From positions 1-45,797 of the forward strand of contig CAVUUR010000003.1 of the NCBI GenBank assembly GCA_963744715.1: DNA of 45,797 bases, written 5' to 3'. Below the pieces are notes generated by a model. The model did no database searches, was not told the DNA's origin, and was given only the letters and a program-made list of their open reading frames with translations. A program made the translations under genes and the position numbers. Positions within the stretch are counted from its first letter, which is position 1; each line of letters begins with the position of its first letter. Positions 33,244 to 41,682 of the stretch are shown here, in pieces. The stretch comes from an uncultured bacterium (lineage in GTDB: Bacteria; Babelota; Babeliae; Babelales; JACPOV01).

Positions 33244-33546
33244 ATGAAATATGTTTGTTTAATTTCATTATATGTAAGTATGCATGGTATGGATCTATAT
33301 AGTATGAATGAGTACGTTCCAAGTCCAAAATGTAGTAGAAATCGTAGTGTGTTAATGTTGTGTGTAGAAAAAAAATTACAAGAACACGGAATGGAAGTTG
33401 ATGCAGAGGGAACTATCGATGAATGCAAACAGTCGGAACCTATGGTATTCCAAGATAAAAGCTATGATTATGTGTGGGTAATAAAAAAAGATATTTGCAA
33501 AGAACTTGTTAACTATTATTCTGATAAATTCAAAAAAAATAATTGA
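33244..33546 (+). CDS. Small exported hypothetical protein
   Basis: Short signal peptide MKYVCLISLYVSMHG-MD, 100 aa. Confidence 0.55.
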   Translation: MKYVCLISLYVSMHGMDLYSMNEYVPSPKCSRNRSVLMLCVEKKLQEHGMEVDAEGTIDECKQSEPMVFQDKSYDYVWVIKKDICKELVNYYSDKFKKNN

Positions 33547-33575
33547 TATACTTGATCCATCTTGTGATCAAGGCT

Positions 33576-34874
33576 CTAGGTAGTAAGAATTTTTTTGTGG
33601 CACAGTGATAAATACACAATGCCCAGTACATTTGGAATTGCTACCAATGGAAGCATAACTTCCATAATAGCCCACACTAAAGGAACGTTACTGATGGCAC
33701 CAAAAAAAATAGTGCAACAGACAAAGAGATAATACCATAATAGCCAACGATCATGCGTAATAGTAGCAAAACTTTGTCGGCCATTAAAACTGTTGCCAAG
33801 AATAGTTCCTATTACGAACATGGTAATAGAAAAAATTAAAATCGGTCTGCCCACAACCGGAAAATGTTGTTGAAAAACTTGATACATTAAGGCATTGCTT
33901 ACGCATTCAGTTTTCCATGCACCGGTTATGAGTATCAGTAATCCGGATAAAAGGCACAAAAAAGTATCAACAAATACGGACATCATTGCCAAAATTCCTT
34001 GATCAGTTGGTTTTTGCACGTTTGCAATAGCATGGGGAATTGATGCGGTGCCCATTCCTGCTTCAGTAATAAATGCTCCCTTATAAATTCCGGAACAAAA
34101 AGCGGCCATTATTGATGATCCTAAGAAACCGCCAATGGGGGCCATGGGAGAAAAAATTGATGTTATCATAAGAGCAAAGGTGTCATACAATAAGGTGCGA
34201 TATTGTAACACAATAAGTAATCCTGCGCTGACATAAAGGGTAAACATGATTGGTACTAATCGACTGTTAAAAAAACCAATGCGCTCCGCGCCACCTTGTA
34301 ACATAATAAATACGAATAATGCCAATAATAATCCAGTGCACCAGGTAGGCAAATATTCTACCGAAAGCATTTCTGCAATAACGTTTGCTTGCAATCCGGA
34401 CCATCCTGCAAATAAAAACATAGTTGTTGCAGCGTACCACGTTCCCAGCCAGGGAACTATCGTAGCTAAATATTGCATTGGCCCACCCACCAAAAATCCA
34501 TTTTTTTCTTTTCTAAAGTGTACGGCAAAAGTTACTTCCGCAAATTTAGTTACAGAACCAAAAAAAGTATAAAATAATAACCAACATAATGCGCCGGGCC
34601 CGCCGGTAAGGATAGCAACTGATGGCCCCACAATGGTTCCTATGCCAATGGAAGTGGACATGGCAGTAAAAAGTGCATAAAACGGATTAATGGCTGCACT
34701 ATTACTATTTTTACCTTGTACGCCATACCTTATTAATGAAAAAAAACGTGGCAACGCTCTCAATTGAATACATTTTAGATAAATGGTGAGCCATACTGCC
34801 ACCACAAAAAGTAATAATGCTGATGGTAAGGCTAAATAATAATTAAGATGGGTAAAAAATAGGAGTAGATCCAT
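33576..34874 (-). CDS. Alanine/glycine:cation symporter (AGCS family)
   Basis: GGPGALCW, GGPMQY, EAGMGTA, DT.LC, AIPNVLG and many TM helices. Confidence 0.9.
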   Translation of the reverse strand: MDLLLFFTHLNYYLALPSALLLFVVAVWLTIYLKCIQLRALPRFFSLIRYGVQGKNSNSAAINPFYALFTAMSTSIGIGTIVGPSVAILTGGPGALCWLLFYTFFGSVTKFAEVTFAVHFRKEKNGFLVGGPMQYLATIVPWLGTWYAATTMFLFAGWSGLQANVIAEMLSVEYLPTWCTGLLLALFVFIMLQGGAERIGFFNSRLVPIMFTLYVSAGLLIVLQYRTLLYDTFALMITSIFSPMAPIGGFLGSSIMAAFCSGIYKGAFITEAGMGTASIPHAIANVQKPTDQGILAMMSVFVDTFLCLLSGLLILITGAWKTECVSNALMYQVFQQHFPVVGRPILIFSITMFVIGTILGNSFNGRQSFATITHDRWLLWYYLFVCCTIFFGAISNVPLVWAIMEVMLPLVAIPNVLGIVYLSLCHKKILTT

Positions 34875-34880
34875 CAGTAG

Positions 34881-35474
34881 TTACTTTCTTTTTGCTAGAA
34901 ATGATAATGCTTTTCGTAATGCTTGATCAAATGATTCAGGAATTTGTTTGTCGGTTTTTAACGTACTGAGAGCTTGAGCCACTTCTTGACGAGAATAATT
35001 GAGAGAAATGAGAACGTCAGAAAGTTCTTTCCAATAACTAAGTTGTTGATGTTGATCGATTGCCATGATTGTAATGAGTTTACTAACTTTATCTCGCAGT
35101 TGAACGATCATTTGCTCTGCTTTTTTTGTGCCGATGCCATTGATTGCGGTGAGTGTTGCAATGCTATTGGTTTGCACTGCTATTAAAAAATTTTCAATAG
35201 TTATGTTGGCTAAAATAGATAATGCAATTTTAGGCCCTATGCCCGGGCAACTTATAATCAGCAAAAAAACTGTTTTTTCATTCTCCGAACGAAAACCAAA
35301 CAACGTCGGGCCTTGTTCTTGATTCCAATGCAGGTGTATATGAAGAGCAATGGTTTGCCCAACCTGTAGCGCGTAGGCATTAGGAATGTAAACACCAAAT
35401 CCTATACCATTTTGTTGGATGGTAATGCTGTGTTCATCAATCTGCTTAATAGTTCCTTCAAGCCACGTAATCAT
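34881..35474 (-). CDS. ruvA: Holliday junction branch migration protein
   Basis: MITWLEGTI, LFGF, GIGPKIALSIL, GIGTKKAEQMIVQLRDK, LISLNYS. Confidence 0.95.
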   Translation of the reverse strand: MITWLEGTIKQIDEHSITIQQNGIGFGVYIPNAYALQVGQTIALHIHLHWNQEQGPTLFGFRSENEKTVFLLIISCPGIGPKIALSILANITIENFLIAVQTNSIATLTAINGIGTKKAEQMIVQLRDKVSKLITIMAIDQHQQLSYWKELSDVLISLNYSRQEVAQALSTLKTDKQIPESFDQALRKALSFLAKRK

Positions 35475-35685
35475 TACGGCAAATTCTTTCGATAGAGCGG
35501 TACAAATCTTATTTGTAAGAATTACCATAAAAAAAATATTTTGTATATTTATGCAGAATTTTTTTACATGAGATAGAAAGCTATATACCGATTAACATAA
35601 AAATTGTTGATAGCATGAAAGTCTCAATACTACAATTACCTTAGGTTGCTTTATATTTAGGGTTTTTAATACAAGAGGTGGGCCG

Positions 35686-36072
35686 ATGTATGTTCCTTTA
35701 TTATTATGTGTAACATTTTTTTCGTATGCACAAGCAATGGATAAAGCGGGAAAAAAAGTTGCAACTACACGAAGTGGAGCAATTGAAAAATTACTCAATT
35801 TTGACTCGGAAACAGAAGATGAAAAATATTGCCAATCGCATGAAATAATTCTTAAAAATGATAATGCATCTGCTGCCAACATTAATCCCTCTGAAAATGT
35901 TATACGATTGGCAAATTTATTAATTAATCAAAATGCAACCAAAGAAGAACTGTGTACTTTACTGAATAGGTTTGAAAATTTACACAAAGGAATTTTGGAA
36001 ACGGTGTGCTATTTACCTGAACTTGGTGTAAGTAGGGAAGACATTACTGATTTAATCGATAAGCTTGGGTAA
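35686..36072 (+). CDS. Small exported hypothetical protein
   Basis: GAGGT RBS and signal peptide ending YAQA-MD. Confidence 0.6.
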   Translation: MYVPLLLCVTFFSYAQAMDKAGKKVATTRSGAIEKLLNFDSETEDEKYCQSHEIILKNDNASAANINPSENVIRLANLLINQNATKEELCTLLNRFENLHKGILETVCYLPELGVSREDITDLIDKLG

Positions 36073-36078
36073 CGTAAG

Positions 36079-37212
36079 TCACTGATCACCAGGGACAGTA
36101 TCATCTTCTTGGCTTGAACGCTGAAGCGCTTCAATAAGTTGTTTCTTAGTTGCGGGAGCATCTTGCCATATAATTTTACCGTTCTTAAAGAGTAAGAAAT
36201 AGGGAACGCGCGCAATATTAAAATGTTCAATAATTTCTAACGCATCGTCATGTTCTGCTTGTAACGTAATATGAGTATCTGCATGTTGGTTGGCTAATGC
36301 TTGTACAATCGGTTGCATAGACCTACAACTCGGGCACATTGGAGCATGCATATAAAGAAGTACAAATTTGCCATCGGCAGTTTGAAGAATCTTTTGAAGT
36401 TCACTAAGAGATTTTATGGTCTTAATGTTTGATGTTTCAGTTTTTTGAACATGGAAGAATTTTGGCTCTAATTGTTTGGCGTTATCGGGGTTGAGGCCTA
36501 CGTTTTCAAGAAATGTAATAACATCCATGGCGGCCTTTATGCCGCTTCCTGCTGCGACACCAGATTTTCCATACGGTTTATCTGCAACAGAAACTATACC
36601 AGCAGCGTAAAATCCCGGTATTATGGTTCGTTGTGTGTTGCATTGCACGACAATATAGCCATCTTTATCAGTTTTTATCACCGAATTAACCAAATCAGAA
36701 TTGGGATGATAACCAATGGCAAAATAGACGGCATTAAGAGGGATGGTTGATTTTTCACCCGTTTTATTATTGATAATGTCAATCTTGGTTACCGTTTTGT
36801 TGTTTCCTTCAATGCTTACTATTTCAGTATTGTATAAAATTTTTATATTTTCAGCCGATTTTAAATATTTTTGTACCGTTGCAATAGCATCAAGCTCAGA
36901 TTCTCGTACAATCATTAAAACACTTTTTGCATAGGCAGATAATTGCAATGCGCGTTCGGCGCTGGTGTCACCGCCACCAACAACAGCAACATCTTGCCCT
37001 TTATTAAAGGGGGCATCGCAAATGGTGCAAATGCCTATTCCTTTTCCCCAGTATTGATCGACGCCGGGAACCATTAATTTTTTGGGGATTCCGCCAGTAG
37101 CGAAAACAATTGATAACGGATGAAGCTGAAGTTCATTTTCCGTTACTACGGTAAAAGGCCATGAATTCAAATCAACCTTTACCGCGGTATCATAGATAAC
37201 TGGAATCGACAT
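36079..37212 (-). CDS. trxB: Thioredoxin reductase-thioredoxin fusion, 5'-truncated at the junction
   Basis: FATG, GKGIGICTICD, VVGGGDTS, FAIGYHPNS, GFYAAG, then a thioredoxin domain (APMCPSC...VPYFLLFKNGK). The N-terminal FAD-binding GxGxxG region is absent, and an in-frame stop lies 3 codons upstream. Confidence 0.85.
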   Translation of the reverse strand: MSIPVIYDTAVKVDLNSWPFTVVTENELQLHPLSIVFATGGIPKKLMVPGVDQYWGKGIGICTICDAPFNKGQDVAVVGGGDTSAERALQLSAYAKSVLMIVRESELDAIATVQKYLKSAENIKILYNTEIVSIEGNNKTVTKIDIINNKTGEKSTIPLNAVYFAIGYHPNSDLVNSVIKTDKDGYIVVQCNTQRTIIPGFYAAGIVSVADKPYGKSGVAAGSGIKAAMDVITFLENVGLNPDNAKQLEPKFFHVQKTETSNIKTIKSLSELQKILQTADGKFVLLYMHAPMCPSCRSMQPIVQALANQHADTHITLQAEHDDALEIIEHFNIARVPYFLLFKNGKIIWQDAPATKKQLIEALQRSSQEDDTVPGDQ

Positions 37213-37264
37213 TGGGTGCTATGTAGTATTAACAGATTATTTTTTTTTTCGGCCTTTCGGGATT

Positions 37265-37420
37265 TTAGCGCCCCGAGGTAATCTGGAGGGTCGCCCCGGG
37301 TCTCTTGGTGACTTGCTGGTATTTGCTTGCAATATCGCTACCGAGTTGTGCGAGTTTGGCTGTCTCATGTACCACGTGTTTTACAGAGTCAAACATTGTT
37401 GCTATACTATCCATGGACAT
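37265..37420 (-). CDS. 51-aa protein downstream of the minor capsid gene (not in the ORF track)
   Basis: MSMDSIATMFDSVKHVVHETAKLAQLGSDIASKYQQVTKRPGATLQITSGR. It starts 2 nt after the upstream stop and exactly fills the gap. Confidence 0.55.
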   Translation of the reverse strand: MSMDSIATMFDSVKHVVHETAKLAQLGSDIASKYQQVTKRPGATLQITSGR

Positions 37421-37422
37421 TA

Positions 37423-38280
37423 TTATTTTTTAGCCTTGCACTTCTTTTCGGATTTCTTAAGACTTTCCATAATCGCTTTGCGCCGCTCCAGTGCAATACA
37501 CTGTAAAAAAGTTTGGTTCAACGTCTCCAAGGCAGCGAGAATATCCACCTCCATATCTTGCACGGTCTCTACGGCGACGCTGCAGTACCAGTACGAATTG
37601 AGCGTGAGTGGTGTGCTGGATGCATTTGTGAGGGAGAAGTCCAGACTCTGTAGGTTTCTCCTCTGCCTATCAATGACAGCATACTCCCCAGTTGGGTCGG
37701 TAAAATTGAGCGTCTCATAGGGTTGTGCAAGGTTTGCAATCTGGCACAAAATCTGCGAGTGCGTCGTATCTCCACGGATGACTTCATAGTGCGACGTTGG
37801 AAGATTACTAATCACGTTGATGACATCGTGCTGCGCCAATAAGATTGTCCGAGGGTGGCATGAACCCCTCGGTGATTGTATAGGTCTGCCCCTGGACAAA
37901 CCCCAGGAGAGACGCACACGAGTTGGTGCTTGTAAAATCCAAGGCATAGAAGTGTCTGTATGGAACACAAGGAAATTGCTCTCACTCTACGTGCACACGA
38001 CACCATACGTGCTCAAGTCTGTGATAATGTCCTCGATGGTCGGTTTCCCCTGCTGCAAGTTGATGACCACCCCATCTTTGACAAGCACATTACAGGCGGC
38101 ATTGAGTGTCCAATCATTTATCAAGACGATATTGTTCACCCAGATACGGAAATACACATTTGGGTTGTTCAATTGGAATGACGTGGGCTCAAGCAACATA
38201 CGAAAATACGAGGGGTTGCTGTTCATAGTGATAGTGTCGTGTGAGTTGAAATACACAAAGTTTCTCTGCAGCACTCGCAT
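37423..38280 (-). CDS. Minor capsid (penton) protein, single jelly-roll type, interrupted
   Basis: N-terminal FVYFNS...PSYF...INDWTLN..CN...INLQQGKPTIEDI, a central SLLGF in a shifted frame, and C-terminal INVISNL...SQILCQI...PYETLNF...LDFSLTN...LTLNSYWYCSVAVE. One in-frame TAG at 37987-89 joins the two track ORFs. Confidence 0.7.
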
Positions 38281-38314
38281 CTACTATACGGGTAGATTTT
38301 TATACGAGGGATTC

Positions 38315-38953
38315 TCAAGGATGCTGCTCAAGTGTGAGGGTGGTACATCGGTCCGTTTGGCAGTTGTTGATCTTGCCCTGTAAATCGTCTAAAGATTTGC
38401 GAGACACTGAGGCGTTGGCAGCGGATGGAACGGACAAATATCCATCAACAGACAATCGCATAGTCTCGTCATCCTCTGTAATATTATTAAAGTTTCGAAT
38501 GAAAACCATTGCCCCTATTGTCTCTTGTAACTCGTTGAAGGATAGGAATTAAGCAAGTACGCTTTCCCCTGAAAGACCATATACAATTGTAGCGCTTTCC
38601 CACTGAGCGTCTTGTCCCAGATGGGCGACAGGAGGTTCTCTATACGCTTGGGCATCTTATCTGTGGTCTTTTTGTTGAGCAAGTTTTCGCTCCCTGCAAA
38701 GTTCATATCTGTGAAATGGGCTATTACGGACCGTTTTATCCTTGCCGATACATGCATAATTCCATCCCTCCACATGGTTACCTATCGGGTATAAACTCTT
38801 AAGAACCATCCCCCCCTTGACAGGTAGGATAATTATGTTATTATTTTTAGCATTTTCGTAAATGTGTCCGTACCCGTCATCTGCCGTTTGAACGTTACGA
38901 CAGCACGTGAAACCTTTAAAATTGAAAGAAAAAATTGAGCCAATCAATGACAT
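38315..38953 (-). CDS. PAS-fold-like protein, split by about two frameshifts
   Basis: The reassembled sequence ENLLNKKTTDKMP...IWDKTLSGKALQLYMVFQGKAYLLNSYP-NELQETIGAMVFIRNF follows the PAS/PAC pattern. Confidence 0.5.
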
Positions 38954-39004
38954 AGTATATTGCGATATTGCGCAAGTTTTATGTCATGGAGATGATATAA
39001 CACA

Positions 39005-39448
39005 ATGGACTATCTACTACGGGACAAGATACATGGGTTGAAACGCTACGGCAAATTTCACGAGGCAATTGATTACCTGCTGGAGACCTTTCCAGACATG
39101 GGTGAAGAGTGCAAGGACGAATTGATTGGTATGAAGATGGCAGAGGCGGTTCAAACAGCGTTTGCCGAGAAATATCCCCAGAGTGCTTCTGCCTACCGTA
39201 AGCGCCTGCATGATGACATCGAGGCTATCCACAACGAGATACACGTGTTGGAAAAGGATAAAGCCAGTATCGAGGAGGACATCGAATATTTGGAAGGAGA
39301 GTTGCACAGACTGCAAGACGTGGAGGAGAAGCCAGTGAGACCCAAAAAGCCCCGAGCACCCCGAAGAAAAAAGGGGTCGAGGTGCAGACACAAACGGACT
39401 AGCCAAGTTTTCCCACAACCAATTCTGCGAGGTCGTTGGTGGTTTTAG
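39005..39448 (+). CDS. Coiled-coil protein with basic tail
   Basis: Acidic heptad stretch followed by KPVRPKKPRAPRRKK (NLS-like). TATAACACA precedes ATG. The 3' end is uncertain because it overlaps the convergent ORF. Confidence 0.65.
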   Translation: MDYLLRDKIHGLKRYGKFHEAIDYLLETFPDMGEECKDELIGMKMAEAVQTAFAEKYPQSASAYRKRLHDDIEAIHNEIHVLEKDKASIEEDIEYLEGELHRLQDVEEKPVRPKKPRAPRRKKGSRCRHKRTSQVFPQPILRGRWWF

Positions 39449-39623
39449 AGACCTGTTCTGGTGTGATATATCCCAAAGTCCCCAAGATGGTTTTAATTTT
39501 CTCAAAGGCTATCAAGATGTGGTCGTATTTCTCCTTGTGGCATACAATTTCCTGTTGCTTTAAGATAAGCACAATTTTGATTTCCGTTTTATCATAACCA
39601 CTTGTAAAGTTGATGTGTTCCAT
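39399..39623 (-). CDS. Small hypothetical protein (74 aa)
   Basis: MEHINFTSGYDK...VVGKLG. AATATACA precedes ATG, and it follows the MTase stop. Confidence 0.55.
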   Translation of the reverse strand: MEHINFTSGYDKTEIKIVLILKQQEIVCHKEKYDHILIAFEKIKTILGTLGYITPEQVSKTTNDLAELVVGKLG

Positions 39624-39652
39624 TGTATATTGTATGGTACGTAAAAAAAAAA

Positions 39653-40369
39653 TCACATTTGAACGTGTGTAAGCCCCTCAACTCAGCAACGTTGAAGTAG
39701 CTATCGTTCATTTCAATACCACAAATTCTCTCTTTGTGTTGAAAGACGCTTCTCCCGTTGAGCCCGACCCCATTGTGAAATCCAATACAGTTTCGCCTTC
39801 GTTGGAATAGGTCTTGACAATCCATTCCAACATGTCTACTGGTTTTTGGGTCCCATGCAACCTCCCCCTTTCAGGAGGTCTATTAAACTCTATGATAGTA
39901 GTAGGATGACGTGTTCAAAGTTTCCCGTATCAACATTTTAACTTTCGTGAATATAGGTCAGATCGAATAGTCGTAACAGATTTCCTCTCCGGCCTTGGAG
40001 GATGCCCACTGACGAGTTTGTGGGTTATAGGTCGTGGGCGTCTTGTAGAAAATGTACACATGTTCATGAATCCGTAGCGGCATTTTGTTGGCATTTAGAA
40101 AGCCTGTGGGTTTTTGCTTACGCCATACTAAATCGTATCTATACCACGAAGGGTTCGAGTTTGTCAGCATCACCCCCAACTTAAAGTTGCCAAACATAGC
40201 AGCACGTGTCTTTGCACACCCGTTTCAATTCCGCCCACATCTTTTCCAAGTCGATAGGTATATCCCATTTACAACTCGTACACCCATACGGCAGGTCAAC
40301 CACGATGAAATCCATGCTCTTCTCATCAAGCATTGGCAGCACATCAAAACAGTTGCCTTTATAGAGCAT
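39653..40369 (-). CDS. N4/N6 DNA methyltransferase, beta class, frameshifted
   Basis: LYKGNCFDVL, motif IV DLPY, YDLVWRK, HEHVYIFYK, HGTQKPVDMLEWIVKTYSNEGETVLDFTMGSGSTG, GIEMN. Confidence 0.88.
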
Positions 40370-40429
40370 TATAGAAGTATCGCAAGTATTTATTCATCAT
40401 CCCAATAAACGGGCTCTGCATACCCGTCA

Positions 40430-40724
40430 TCAACAGGCTCGGGGATTGTGTTGGACGGACAGCGATCTTACCCACGTATGGCGTGCTAAGCGGACTGTCC
40501 GGTGACTCTCATCGGTGTGCCTTGTCCCCGTCTTTGCCTTGGAAATTGCGGCCCGTGCTTCTGGAGTATGTGTACCCAACCGATATTTCGGCCGTCCTAT
40601 CAACTTTTGGCGTATTTTCGGTGGCCTCCGTCTGATGCGTTCCCAGACGGCCATTTCCACGTCCCTTTTTAGCAGCGGACATTTTCTGCCGTGTCTCGAG
40701 CGTATGTTTTTCACCTTTGCGCAT
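40430..40724 (-). CDS. NUMOD3-repeat DNA-binding protein without nuclease domain (one frameshift)
   Basis: KHTLETRQKMSAAKKG, THQTEAT-KIRQKLIG, HTPEARAAISKAKTG, RHTDES. Confidence 0.7.
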
Positions 40725-40758
40725 TGGTATCATCACGCAACCAAAAAATCCTACAATT

Positions 40759-40946
40759 TTAACACACACCAGTTCCAAAAACATACACGCTATCATCCCA
40801 TACTACCAAGTCCCCATCCACGTTGATTTTGGTCGTCTTCATCAGTGAGCATTTTGTTGAATTTTTCATTCGCCTCATGACTCGAACTGTACGCTTTGTT
40901 GAATATCTGCACTGTCCCATCATAATTTTATGGACGCTGTGTTCAT
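40759..40946 (-). CDS. Small protein, paralog B (frameshifted)
   Basis: Reassembled MNTASIK-YDGTVQIFNKAYSSSHEANEKFNKMLTDEDD-KINVDGDLVVWDD. TAATG overlap with the upstream gene. Confidence 0.5.
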
Positions 40947-41201
40947 TATATCCTGACCTCCAGATACAATTCGTGAGGTATAACTGCGCATACACGTACA
41001 GGAACGATGGGGTTGTTTGTCTTGTGAACTTTGTATAATCCATACACCTTGTCCCCGTCAATATGTATCTTAGGGTCATCTGCATCTGTAAGCATCCTTT
41101 TTATTTTCTCATACGCTTTCATAACATCGTCATACTCCTCGGTACAACACCGTTTCGACAGCTCCTGATTGCCCCAGATACGTCAGTTTAAGTGTTGCCA
41201 T
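40946..41201 (-). CDS. Small protein, paralog A (frameshifted)
   Basis: Reassembled MATLKLTYLGQSGAVETVLY-EEYDDVMKAYEKIKRMLTDADDPKIHIDGDKVYGLY...LEVRI. Confidence 0.5.
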
Positions 41202-41235
41202 TATACTATGAGAAACCAAAAAAATCCTACCTATT

Positions 41236-41408
41236 TTAACACGCCATCTCAGCAATTCTCCTGAGCAGTCTCTTGCTTGCACACCAAATAACGTGGATTG
41301 CTGATACAGGTTCTCCAACAGCGCTGAATGACCCGTGCCTGAGGAAAAAAACGTGTGCCTCCAAAACCGCTGGATGGTTGTAGTATTCTTGTTCATAGCC
41401 CCCATCAT
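41236..41408 (-). CDS. Small protein with two IQ-like motifs (frameshifted)
   Basis: TTIQRFWR followed, in a shifted frame, by ARVIQRCWRTCISNPRYLVCK. Confidence 0.5.
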
Positions 41409-41436
41409 ATGGCGTCGAGAGGTTCTGTTGGATTTT

Positions 41437-41682
41437 TTATGTACAATACTGCGCAAGAGGCACGGTGGCAGTCCACACGGGCAATTGGTGTTCGGCATGG
41501 AACCATTCCATACAACACGCAACACACGTGTATGGTGTATCGTCTGGGAGCTCGTGAAATATAAACAGGTTGTTTTTCCCTGAACAGTTGAAACATTGGC
41601 GGAGAGGCCTGCACGTGATAGTTTCCACAGTGCCTACACTCACGTCAACAATTGTATTGCTGTGAAAATATTCAGTGCGCAT
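41437..41682 (-). CDS. Small CxxC...CxxC zinc-binding protein (81 aa)
   Basis: CFNC...CVAC. ATG 41682 lies 39 nt after the shared GTGTTAAAAT motif. Confidence 0.55.
   Translation of the reverse strand: MRTEYFHSNTIVDVSVGTVETITCRPLRQCFNCSGKNNLFIFHELPDDTPYTCVACCMEWFHAEHQLPVWTATVPLAQYCT

Noticed and set aside
37214..37233. Nanopore barcode flank (GGTGCT...TTAAC) at the junction
   Set aside because: Only 8 nt separate the two short matches, too few for a barcode, and the stretch reads as a viral intergenic spacer.
37987..37989. Stop-codon reassignment (TAG read as Tyr or Gln) in the viral block
   Set aside because: It is a single instance in an error-rich region, and TAG appears to end the 39399-39623 ORF normally.
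39653..40369. Restriction-modification system
   Set aside because: No recognisable endonuclease lies next to the methyltransferase.
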